Origin: Alcanivoracaceae bacterium
GTDB lineage: Bacteria > Pseudomonadota > Gammaproteobacteria > Pseudomonadales > Alcanivoracaceae
Direction: 5' to 3'
DNA length: 64,000 nt
NCBI GenBank assembly: GCA_023146255.1
Contig: JAGLCJ010000016.1
Coordinates: 14,478 to 78,477, forward strand
Position numbers and translations under genes: made by a program. Shown here one piece after another: positions 36,040-46,945 of this stretch (positions within the stretch are counted from its first letter, which is position 1; each line of letters opens with the position of its first letter). A model generated the notes under the pieces. That model made no database searches. It had not been told where the DNA came from and was given only the letters and a program-made list of their open reading frames with translations.

Positions 36040-38229
36040 ATGGAAATCAAGGTCAACTATCTCGACAACCTCCGGCTCGAGGCAAAGTTTGACGACTTTA
36101 GCGTCATCTCGGACCAGCCGATCCGCTACAAGGGCGACGGCTCGGCGCCCGGTCCGTTTGACTATTTCCTGGCATCATCGGCGCTGTGCGCGGCTTACTT
36201 CGTCAAGGTGTATTGCAACACCCGCAATATCTCCACCGACAATATTCGCCTGTCGCAGAACAACATTATCGACCCGGAAGATCGCTACAAGCAGATTTTC
36301 CGGATTCAGGTAGAGCTGCCGGAAGACATCAGCGACAAGGATCGTCAAGGTATTATCCGCTCGATAGAGCGCTGCACCGTGAAAAAAGTCGTGCAGGCCG
36401 GACCGGATTTTCAGATCGAGACAGTGGAAAATCTGGACGCCGACACTCAGGCGCTACTGACGGTAAAGCCGGATGGCAATACCCGCACCTTTATCGAAGG
36501 CAAAGACCTGCCACTGGAACAAACCATTGCCAATATGAGCGCCATTCTGGCCGGTCTTGGCATGAAGATCGAAATCGCCTCCTGGCGCAATATCGTGCCG
36601 CATGTATGGTCACTGCATATTCGTGATGCGGCATCACCGATGTGCTTTACCAACGGCAAGGGCGCCACCAAGGAAGCGGCACTGTGCTCGGCGCTGGGCG
36701 AATTTATTGAGCGCCTGAGCTGCAATTTTTTCTACAACGACCAGTATTTCGGTCAGGACGTCGGCAACAGCGAGTTTGTCCATTACCCGAACGAGAAATG
36801 GTTTCAACCCGGCGCCAAAGGCAAGCTGCCCAAAGGCATTCTCGATGAGCATTGCCTGTCAATCTATGACCCCGACGGCGAGCTGCTCGGCACGCATCTG
36901 TTTGATACCAACTCCGGCGCGCCGGAACGCGGCATCTGCGCTATTCCCTATGTGCGTCAGTCCGATGGTGAAACGGTCTACTTTCCGTCCAACCTGATCG
37001 AAAACCTGTATCTCAGCAACGGCATGAGCGCCGGCAACACCTTGCCGGAAGCCCAGGTGCAATGTTTATCAGAAATCTTCGAGCGGGCCGTCAAAAAAGA
37101 GATTATCGAAAATGAAGTGGCACTACCGGATGTACCGGAGGCCGTGCTGAACCGCTACCCGCATATTCAGGAAGGTATCAAAGCCCTGGAAGCCCAGGGC
37201 TTTCCGGTGCTGGTCAAGGATGCCTCCCTCGGCGGCCAGTTTCCGGTCATGTGTGTTGCCCTGATGAATCCGAAAACCGGCGGTGTATTTGTCTCCTTCG
37301 GCGCCCATCCCAATTTGCAAGTGGCACTGGAGCGCAGCCTCACCGAGCTGCTGCAGGGCCGCAGCTTCGAAGGCCTGAATGATCTGCCACCGCCCACCTT
37401 CAACAGCATGGCCGTCACCGAACCAAACAATTTCGTCGAGCACTTTATCGATTCCAGCGGCGTGGTGTCCTGGCGCTTTTTCAGTGCCCGCTCGGATTAC
37501 GAATTCTGTGACTGGGATTTCAGCGGCACCACCGAAGAAGAAGCCGCCACCCTGTTTGGCATCCTCAAGGACATGGGCCATGAGTGTTATATGGCTGTGT
37601 TTGAAGATCTCGGCGCACCGGTGTGCCGGATTCTGGTGCCCGGTTACTCCGAGATCTACCCGGTCGACGACCTGATCTGGGACAACACCAATATGGCGCT
37701 GGAGTTCCGCGAGGACATCCTCAACCTTCACCGTTTAAGCGACGACGAGCTGGCGGCTCTGGTGGAGCGATTGGAAGAAAGCGATCGTGACGCCTACATG
37801 ACAATCATCACCCTGATCGGCATTGAGTTTGATGAGAACACCGTCTGGGGTCAGCTCACCATTCTGGAGCTGAAACTGCTTATCTATCTGGCACTTGGCC
37901 AGCTGGACAATGCGCTGGAACTGGTAGAAGCCTTTCTCCAGTTCAACGACAACACAGTGGAGCGAGGGCGTTTTTATCAGGCCGCGCAGGCAGTGCTGGA
38001 AGTCACGCTGGATGAAGACCTGGCGCTGGAGGATTATCTGCCCAGCTTCCGCCGCATGTTTGGTGATGACATCCTTGATGCCGCCATCGGCTCGGTCAAC
38101 GGCAGCGTGCGCTTCCATGGCCTGACGCCCACCAGCATGGCACTGGAAGGACTCGACAAGCATCAACGACTGATTGAAAGCTATAAAAAACTGCATGCGG
38201 CGAGGCAGGCAATATTCGCAGCTGTTTAA
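36040..38229 (+). CDS. OsmC domain / YcaO domain fusion protein
   Basis: 729 aa. The N-terminal about 130 aa are OsmC/Ohr-like with two Cys (SSALCAAYF, IERCTVKK). The central YcaO domain has SNGMSAGNTLPEAQVQCLSEIFERAV. The C-terminus is a helical, TPR-like region. Confidence 0.85.
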   Translation: MEIKVNYLDNLRLEAKFDDFSVISDQPIRYKGDGSAPGPFDYFLASSALCAAYFVKVYCNTRNISTDNIRLSQNNIIDPEDRYKQIFRIQVELPEDISDKDRQGIIRSIERCTVKKVVQAGPDFQIETVENLDADTQALLTVKPDGNTRTFIEGKDLPLEQTIANMSAILAGLGMKIEIASWRNIVPHVWSLHIRDAASPMCFTNGKGATKEAALCSALGEFIERLSCNFFYNDQYFGQDVGNSEFVHYPNEKWFQPGAKGKLPKGILDEHCLSIYDPDGELLGTHLFDTNSGAPERGICAIPYVRQSDGETVYFPSNLIENLYLSNGMSAGNTLPEAQVQCLSEIFERAVKKEIIENEVALPDVPEAVLNRYPHIQEGIKALEAQGFPVLVKDASLGGQFPVMCVALMNPKTGGVFVSFGAHPNLQVALERSLTELLQGRSFEGLNDLPPPTFNSMAVTEPNNFVEHFIDSSGVVSWRFFSARSDYEFCDWDFSGTTEEEAATLFGILKDMGHECYMAVFEDLGAPVCRILVPGYSEIYPVDDLIWDNTNMALEFREDILNLHRLSDDELAALVERLEESDRDAYMTIITLIGIEFDENTVWGQLTILELKLLIYLALGQLDNALELVEAFLQFNDNTVERGRFYQAAQAVLEVTLDEDLALEDYLPSFRRMFGDDILDAAIGSVNGSVRFHGLTPTSMALEGLDKHQRLIESYKKLHAARQAIFAAV

Positions 38230-38252
38230 AGAGACTACTGACAACCTCTCCC

Positions 38253-38346
38253 GTAGGAGCCGTCGATCGACGGCGAATAGCTTCGCGGCCGATCGGCCGC
38301 TCCTACAGAAAATCTACACGGCCGGAGCCGTCGATCGACGGCGAAG
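38253..38346. repeat. Family C REP cluster, copy 3 (three units)
   Basis: GTAGGAGCCGTCGATCGACGGCGAA, the inverted unit TTCGCGGCCGATCGGCCGCTCCTAC, and a third unit GGAGCCGTCGATCGACGGCGAAG. Confidence 0.8.
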
Positions 38347-38370
38347 TTAGCTGGCACTTTGCCAGACCGC

Positions 38371-38396
38371 AAAGAGGCGCTTCCAGGCGCCTCTTT
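38371..38396 (+). terminator. 10-bp perfect hairpin downstream of the YcaO gene (weak terminator candidate)
   Basis: AAAGAGGCGC-TTCCAG-GCGCCTCTTT with no long T tract. The stem resembles the katG terminator. Confidence 0.35.
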
Positions 38397-38587
38397 CGCC
38401 TCCATCTCAGCCGATATCCTCACCGCCATTCTCGCCAATCTCCCCCCTGCCTTTATCAGAACGTGATCTGAATCAAGACCCGATTAATTCTGGCTATCAA
38501 CGCTATGCAAAGCCTGCGTTAGGGTGATATGAACACCATGATCTATAAGTGGTGTTATTGCGCAGACAGCCAGACAAGCTGTGCTAA

Positions 38588-40870
<2,283 letters not shown>

Positions 40871-40896
40871 TTACCACATTCTTTGCGGAAGTGACT

Positions 40897-40923
40897 GAGG
40901 CGCCGAATGGCGCCTCTTTCTTT
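40897..40923 (+). terminator. Rho-independent terminator after katG
   Basis: GAGGCGCC-GAAT-GGCGCCTC followed by TTTCTTT. Confidence 0.75.
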
Positions 40924-40959
40924 GGCTTGCCGTGCCCATGTCTTTCAAAGACTCCGGTT

Positions 40960-41424
40960 TCAGCGTGCAAGAAGGTCTTTCGCCGCCTTGAGGCTGTCGC
41001 CCTCTTTTGCCAGCTCTTTTCTTGCAAATGCCTCAATGGCTTTTTCATGCGCATAGACATAGGCAAAAAATTTCTTGTCCTCACCTTCGGCATGATCTTT
41101 CAGCCGCAGGAATTTTTCCTGAAAAGGCTGAGTGGCATCGCGCACCAGCCTCATGGCCAGCCACCAGGGCATCAGGCCCAGCGCGGCGCCCTCGGCCTTG
41201 CCTTTTAACGCCCAACCGGTTGGCTCGACAATGGACTGACCGGTCGCCGTCATGTAATCAAGGTAACGTTGCAGCGTCTGCTCCTCCAACGCCTTGAGCA
41301 CCAGCCACTTCTGCTTGCGCTCTGCGTTTCTTGTCAAACGCGCAGCGATGTCAAAAACCGCAGAGCCGTAAACCTCGGACTCATGGATGTGTTGCAAGTC
41401 CTTCTTGTACTCGGGATAAGTCAT
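40960..41424 (-). CDS. Hypothetical helical protein (154 aa)
   Basis: Balanced composition. Its ATG overlaps the stop of the upstream alpha/beta hydrolase gene by 4 nt. I recognise no family. Confidence 0.55.
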   Translation of the reverse strand: MTYPEYKKDLQHIHESEVYGSAVFDIAARLTRNAERKQKWLVLKALEEQTLQRYLDYMTATGQSIVEPTGWALKGKAEGAALGLMPWWLAMRLVRDATQPFQEKFLRLKDHAEGEDKKFFAYVYAHEKAIEAFARKELAKEGDSLKAAKDLLAR

Positions 41425-42353
41425 TGTTCATCTCCTGACTGTTTCGTCGTGAAAGCTTTGCTGCCCGCAGCCAGTTCTGCCAGCGCCTGTTCCAGTGCCC
41501 CGAAATAGGCCTCGGGACTTTCGATAAAGGGCATATGCCCGACATTCTGGAACACCACCAGTCTGGCGTTTGCAATATTGCCAGCGAGCACCAGCGACTG
41601 CTCCGAAGGCACCACCGGGTCATCAGAACCGGTCAACAGATAGCAAGGCGTCCTGATCTGGTCCAACTGGCCAGCAATCTCGATGCTGCTGATCCCGTTA
41701 AGCAGGACAAATAGTGCGCCGGCATCCTGGTTGAGAACATCCGCCTCAATGTTGTCCAGAAAACGCTGGCTTAAAGGGTTGGCACGGTATGCCCTGGGAT
41801 CACAGGCAAGCATGCTGGCAAAGATTGTGCGCACAAGGCGGCTTTTTTTCGCGATAAAAAGATTGGCTACAAACAGCCCTTTCGCCCAATTGCCGAGCCC
41901 GGCAAGTTTCAGCAGCTGCCCTTCGACCCCTCCCCACACTCCGCGGTGAAAGCCGGCGACACTGACAATGCCAATGACATTCGGCACCTGATGAATAGCA
42001 AGATTCAGGGCACTGAAACCGCCCGTTGAGTGGCCCACGATAATGACTTTTCTATCGCCCAGCAGCGCCTTCAATGCACCGTTCATGATGCGAAAGAACC
42101 AGTCTTCGTTGACTTGCCCGGGCTGAAAGTCCTGCGGCGCCGTCGACGGGTAATGGGCGGGCAAACCCAGAGCAAACCAGGCTTTATCCTCCCTGAAGGC
42201 GGGCGGCACACAGTCGCGCCAGCAGTTGACCGAAGCCAATACCCCGTGAATAAACACGATTGCCGGCTCGCCCTCTCTGGCCCGATGCTCGTTTACCGCG
42301 AGGAACGCCAGCTGATGACCTTCCGCCTCTACCAACCCTTCCCGTACCTTCAT
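41421..42353 (-). CDS. Alpha/beta hydrolase
   Basis: Trimmed to ATG 42353 (MKVREGLVEAEG). Nucleophile elbow GHSTGG and a C-terminal GHMPF. Confidence 0.8.
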   Translation of the reverse strand: MKVREGLVEAEGHQLAFLAVNEHRAREGEPAIVFIHGVLASVNCWRDCVPPAFREDKAWFALGLPAHYPSTAPQDFQPGQVNEDWFFRIMNGALKALLGDRKVIIVGHSTGGFSALNLAIHQVPNVIGIVSVAGFHRGVWGGVEGQLLKLAGLGNWAKGLFVANLFIAKKSRLVRTIFASMLACDPRAYRANPLSQRFLDNIEADVLNQDAGALFVLLNGISSIEIAGQLDQIRTPCYLLTGSDDPVVPSEQSLVLAGNIANARLVVFQNVGHMPFIESPEAYFGALEQALAELAAGSKAFTTKQSGDEQ

Positions 42354-42474
42354 GATCTTGCCCCTGCCTCCGCATGACAGCGCTTCAGCCAGCCCCACTA
42401 AAACACGGAGAAATGAACACCGGCAACGGACAGCAGGTTAACATGCCGCATCAGGGTGGCATTGAACGAAAGAG

Positions 42475-43215
42475 CTAAAGCCGGTTGGACTGCTGCAGCG
42501 CTCGCAGGGCATCCAGATAGGTCAGGCCAAAGGACTCGGAGAACGCACGACTCATATGCGCCAGATCGCTGAAGCCCGCCATCATCGCCGCCTCCCCCGG
42601 CGGAGTTGCATCCAGCAACGCATCCATTGCCACCCTCAGCTTGAGCCACTTTTTGTAGCTGCGCACCGGAACGCCAGTGCGCTCGACAAACCAGTGCGAG
42701 AATCGGGTCGGGGACAAATTCGCGATTGCGGCGAGCGAGTCCCGGTCGACATCCTCACCATCCCCCAGTTTCGCCCTGATTTCGCCGATTACCGCCTTGA
42801 ACCTGTGGTCCTCGGAAGCGGCAAGATCGGCCGCGTCGAGGGCGCCGGAATGCAACAGCTCGCGCAGGTCAGTACTGGCGGTAATGGACGCCAGCTCCCG
42901 CGGAAGTTGTTCATGGGAAAGTGACAGCCAGCCTGCCTGCGCATCCTTGTTCAGCGCCTTGAGAATGGACTCACTCAAAGGATCAAAATAGATGGAGCAC
43001 ACAAAGCCGGAAAGTAAACGATGGGTTGTTTTCGAGGCGAAATAGGCGGCTTTTGCTCTCTGCAGCCCGGCAGAGGTTTCGAATTCCAGGTCACCATCCA
43101 GTGCTATGGTGATTTGCGAGGCCCAATGACCATGCGCCTTGTTTTCAGCAACATGGCCGCGAAATATCGCCACCCTATCTGAAAAAACGATGTCTCCCTT
43201 CCAGTCTTTGGGCAT
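42475..43215 (-). CDS. AraC family transcriptional regulator
   Basis: Trimmed to ATG 43215. The C-terminus has a double HTH (LSPTRFSHWFVERTGVPVRSY..., AAMMAGFSDLAHMSRAFSESFG). It is divergent from the reductase/GMC operon. Confidence 0.85.
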   Translation of the reverse strand: MPKDWKGDIVFSDRVAIFRGHVAENKAHGHWASQITIALDGDLEFETSAGLQRAKAAYFASKTTHRLLSGFVCSIYFDPLSESILKALNKDAQAGWLSLSHEQLPRELASITASTDLRELLHSGALDAADLAASEDHRFKAVIGEIRAKLGDGEDVDRDSLAAIANLSPTRFSHWFVERTGVPVRSYKKWLKLRVAMDALLDATPPGEAAMMAGFSDLAHMSRAFSESFGLTYLDALRALQQSNRL

Positions 43216-43459
43216 AAACGACCTTCGTTGTGGAAGAACATAAGAGTGACCGGATAGCACGCTGCACTAGCACGAAAACACAGCGTGCCATCCAGCCAGT
43301 AATACGCCACCCGAGCGCTCATCTGCTTATACTGTACAAACCACCAGTCAACAACCCCGTCCACCCTGTCACCCGTCGACAACTTTCTCCCCCCTGTGTA
43401 CTGGCGCAAAAAGCGGCGCAGAATAGACTGCCTTCGTTCCTGACAACCGGAGATGCAGC

Positions 43460-44458
43460 ATGTCACGACGAATCACTCTTGGCGGAATTGCCCTTGGCGT
43501 GCCGGATCTGCGGCCCCATGCGAAGCGCTTTGTCGAAAGCGCAGCCCGCGGGGTGCATCAGCGGCTGATGCCGAATGCGGCGCTGCGGCATCGGGTCAAG
43601 GGCAAGGTGGTGCTGATTACCGGGGCCAGTTCCGGCATTGGTGCCGGGGTGGCGCACAAGCTGGCCGAGGCCGGCGCCACGGTGCTGCTGACGGCGCGGT
43701 CTATTGATGCACTGGAGGATCTGGCGGCGAAGATCCGTGATAACGGCGGTGATGCGGTGGCGTACCGGGCGGATATTGCCGATCTCGACGATTGCGACCG
43801 GCTCTGCCAGAAGGTGCTGGAAGATCATGGCCGGGTCGACATCCTGATCAATAATGCCGGCCGCTCAATCCGGCGTTCGGTGGTGTATTCGCTGGAGCGC
43901 TTCCACGATTACCAGCGCACCATGCAGCTGAATTATTTCGGCGCCATCCGCCTGGCCATGAACCTGATTCCGGCAATGAAAGAGAACGGTGACGGCCACA
44001 TTATCAATGTCACCACCGTTGGCGTGTTCAACGGCGTGCCGCGTTTCTCAGCCTATCTGGGTTCAAAGTGCGCGCTGGAAGGCTGGACCATGGCGGCGCA
44101 GAACGAGCTTTTGCATACCGGCGTCAGCTTTACCCTGATGAACTACCCGCTGGTGCGCACGCCGATGATCGCGCCGACCAAGATCTACGATTACTTCCCG
44201 GCGATGAGCCCGGAGAAGGCGGTGGACTGGATGTGCGAGGCGATTGTGACCCGGCCGAAACGGAAGGTGACCGCTTTTGGCCTGTTTGCACAGGGCATGT
44301 ACACGGTGCTGCCGAAGACCGCCGAGCTGATCGTCAACACCGGCTACCAGATCGTGCCGGAGTTCTTTGGCAAGGAAAAGCAAGGCTCTGGCAGTAAGTC
44401 AGCGCTTGCAAGCGAGGAAGCTGACAGCAATGTCCGGCCGCTGCGCCGGCGCAAGTAG
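43460..44458 (+). CDS. Acr1-like SDR, probable aldehyde-forming fatty acyl-CoA reductase
   Basis: 332 aa with GGAG 7 nt upstream. Blocks ITGASSGIG, NNAGRSIRRS, RFHDYQRTMQLNYFG, YLGSK and PLVRTPMIAPTKIY. It aligns by eye over its whole catalytic domain with the C-terminal half of the 33854-35866 protein. Confidence 0.8.
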   Translation: MSRRITLGGIALGVPDLRPHAKRFVESAARGVHQRLMPNAALRHRVKGKVVLITGASSGIGAGVAHKLAEAGATVLLTARSIDALEDLAAKIRDNGGDAVAYRADIADLDDCDRLCQKVLEDHGRVDILINNAGRSIRRSVVYSLERFHDYQRTMQLNYFGAIRLAMNLIPAMKENGDGHIINVTTVGVFNGVPRFSAYLGSKCALEGWTMAAQNELLHTGVSFTLMNYPLVRTPMIAPTKIYDYFPAMSPEKAVDWMCEAIVTRPKRKVTAFGLFAQGMYTVLPKTAELIVNTGYQIVPEFFGKEKQGSGSKSALASEEADSNVRPLRRRK

Positions 44459-44547
44459 GCTCCAGCCCTGCCCCGGCTTACCCGATGCTGCAGAAACAAC
44501 TGCGCGATAGGACAAGCCAAAAGTACTAGATCGGCTACACTCGGAGC

Positions 44548-46482
44548 ATGACTGAAGCCCTGACTGACATCCTGCCCGACCTGCCGCGCCCGGATACCGC
44601 CCGGGCGCTGGTGCAGGCCATGCTGCCCGCCGGCGAGCAATTGCCGGCCGCCGATGCCGACCGCCTGTGTGCCACGGTGGCCGGCTATCTGGACGGCCGG
44701 CCCGGCTTTCGTCGCTTGCTGACTGCCAGCCTCGCCTGGCTGGAAAGCCGCTCCCTGTTCAGCCATGGCAAACGCTTTAGCCGCCTGAGCCCGGAGCAGC
44801 GCGAGGCGCTGTTGTCGAGCCTGTCCGGCACACTGGTCAGCGGCCACCTGCTGCGGGCTCTGGCAGCGCCATTCAAGGCCGCCTGGCTGCTGGATGACGA
44901 GACCCAGCGCCGGGTCGGCAGCCGCCCTCCGGTGCAGGTGCCAAAGCAGATCGAGGCGTTCCGCTGGCAGGCCCAGGTCAGCCCGGCCCGGGACATGGAA
45001 GAAGATCTGGAACTGGAAGCCGATGTCGTCGTCATCGGCACCGGTGCCGGTGGCGCCGCCGCCGCCTACGAGCTGGCCAGCCGTGGCCTCGCCGTGGTGA
45101 TGATCGAGGAAGGCGAGTACTACAACCGCACCCATTTCACCGGCAAGCTCACTGACACCATCGCCAAGCTGTATCGCGGCCTTGGCGCTACCACGGCGCT
45201 GGGCAATGTCACCATTCCGGTGCCGATCGGCCGCAGTGTCGGTGGCACTACCACGATCAATTCCGGTACCTGTTTGCGCACGCCTGAAGCGGTGCTGGCG
45301 CGTTGGCAGAAAGAGTTCGGCTTAACCGAGCTGACGCCGGAAAATCTTGATCCGTTTTTTGCCAGCGTTGAGGAAGTGATTAACGTGACGCCGGCGGAGA
45401 GCAAATACGTCGGCGAAATCGGTAATGTGATTGCCGACGGCGCCCGCAAGATTGGCCTGAGCAAACTGCACAATCTGCCACGCAACGCCAAAGGCTGCGA
45501 TGGTCAGGGCCTGTGCCAGTTCGGCTGCCCCACCGATGCCAAGCAATCGACCAATGTCAGCTATGTGCCGCGGGCGCTGGATCGCGGCGCGTTTCTGTTT
45601 ACCGGTTTTCGCGCGGAGAAACTGTTACACCGCCAGCAGGTGCTGGAAGGCGTGGTCGCCACCGGCAAGCGCGACGACGGCAGCATTGTTCGGCTGACCG
45701 TGCGCGCGCCGAAAGTGGTGGTGGCCATGGGCAGCCTGCTGACGCCGCTGTTTCTGAAACAGAATGGCGTGCGTAATCCGCACCTTGGCCGGCACCTGAC
45801 CATTCATCCGGTCGGCGTAGTGAATGCAGTATTCCCGGAACGTGAGTTCGCCAATTCGCAAACCATTCCACAGGGTTTTGGCGTGGCAGATTTCGCCGAG
45901 CAGGGGCTGATGTTCGAGGGCGGCACCATTCCGTTTGCCGGCCATGGCCTGTTCAGCAATCTGTATGGCCGCGAGTTTGTCCGCTTCTGCGAACGCTACC
46001 AGCATACCGCCTATTTCGGCTTCATGATCCGCGATACCAGCGAGGGCCGGGTGCGCCGTGGTCCGCATCGCGATCTGCCCTGGATCAGCTATCAGATGAA
46101 CGATCAGGATTTCAGCCTGTTCCTGAAGGGCATTGAAACGCTGGCGCGGATTTATCTGGCCGCTGGCGCCCGGGAAGTGCTGATTCCCGGCCTGAACCGG
46201 CTGATCACTGTGCGTAACGAACAGGAGCTGGCGAGCTTTATGGCGCGCAAGCACAAACCGAAGGATTTCCTGATGAGCGCCTATCACCCGCTCGGCACCG
46301 CGCGCATTGCCGCCGATGCCAGCCGCGGTGTGTGCGGGCCCGATCATCAGGTATTTGGCTGGAACGGCCTGTATGTGATGGATGGCAGTAGTGTACCGAG
46401 CAGTCTTGGTGCCAATCCTCAGGTCACCATCATGACGCTGGCCGCCCGGGCCGCGTCGAAACTTGCAGACTCACTCTCTTAA
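44548..46482 (+). CDS. GMC-family FAD oxidoreductase with about 150-aa N-terminal extension (long-chain alcohol oxidase-like)
   Basis: 644 aa with the FAD loop VVVIGTGAGGAAAAYELA and a C-terminal GMC block HPLGTARIA...LYVMDGSSVPSSLGANPQVTIM. The substrate is inferred only from context. Confidence 0.8.
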   Translation: MTEALTDILPDLPRPDTARALVQAMLPAGEQLPAADADRLCATVAGYLDGRPGFRRLLTASLAWLESRSLFSHGKRFSRLSPEQREALLSSLSGTLVSGHLLRALAAPFKAAWLLDDETQRRVGSRPPVQVPKQIEAFRWQAQVSPARDMEEDLELEADVVVIGTGAGGAAAAYELASRGLAVVMIEEGEYYNRTHFTGKLTDTIAKLYRGLGATTALGNVTIPVPIGRSVGGTTTINSGTCLRTPEAVLARWQKEFGLTELTPENLDPFFASVEEVINVTPAESKYVGEIGNVIADGARKIGLSKLHNLPRNAKGCDGQGLCQFGCPTDAKQSTNVSYVPRALDRGAFLFTGFRAEKLLHRQQVLEGVVATGKRDDGSIVRLTVRAPKVVVAMGSLLTPLFLKQNGVRNPHLGRHLTIHPVGVVNAVFPEREFANSQTIPQGFGVADFAEQGLMFEGGTIPFAGHGLFSNLYGREFVRFCERYQHTAYFGFMIRDTSEGRVRRGPHRDLPWISYQMNDQDFSLFLKGIETLARIYLAAGAREVLIPGLNRLITVRNEQELASFMARKHKPKDFLMSAYHPLGTARIAADASRGVCGPDHQVFGWNGLYVMDGSSVPSSLGANPQVTIMTLAARAASKLADSLS

Positions 46483-46492
46483 GGAGCACACC

Positions 46493-46945
46493 ATGGCCAC
46501 CGGACTTCTGCTTTGCGAAACCATGAGCGGCGATCTGATTCTTGATCGTGATGGCATCAGCCGCCCGTTCGCGTTTTCGATCCGCGCTTTTACCACGAAA
46601 ATTTTCAGCCTCAGCACGCCGCGCTATTTCCGTGGCATGGTGACGCTCGATGATGGCCAGTATCCGTGCCGTGGTGAGCTCACCATTCATATGTCCGGGC
46701 CGCATTACTGGCTCGAATTCAATCATCCGGAGCTTGGCCCGGTGCGTGCTGAAGGGCAGAAGGAATATGGCAAAAATGGTCTGCTCCGTTCGCTGATTAC
46801 CTGTCCACTGACGATCACGAGCAACGGCAAGCAAATTGGTCAGGCGGAAGTAGCCTATCGCGATTCGATGTTGGCGTTCCCGTTCAAGGCGATCCGCTTT
46901 GTCGATGAAGGCAAGGCCTTTGATATGGTCAGCAGCGCGTCATGA
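46493..46945 (+). CDS. Hypothetical protein (150 aa)
   Basis: Trimmed to ATG 46493. Its SD AAGGAG overlaps the GMC stop codon. I recognise no family. Confidence 0.6.
   Translation: MATGLLLCETMSGDLILDRDGISRPFAFSIRAFTTKIFSLSTPRYFRGMVTLDDGQYPCRGELTIHMSGPHYWLEFNHPELGPVRAEGQKEYGKNGLLRSLITCPLTITSNGKQIGQAEVAYRDSMLAFPFKAIRFVDEGKAFDMVSSAS

Noticed and set aside
44344-45135. 263-aa minus-strand ORF over the reductase/GMC junction
   Set aside because: It overlaps two supported plus-strand genes and has Gly/Ala/Arg-rich composition.
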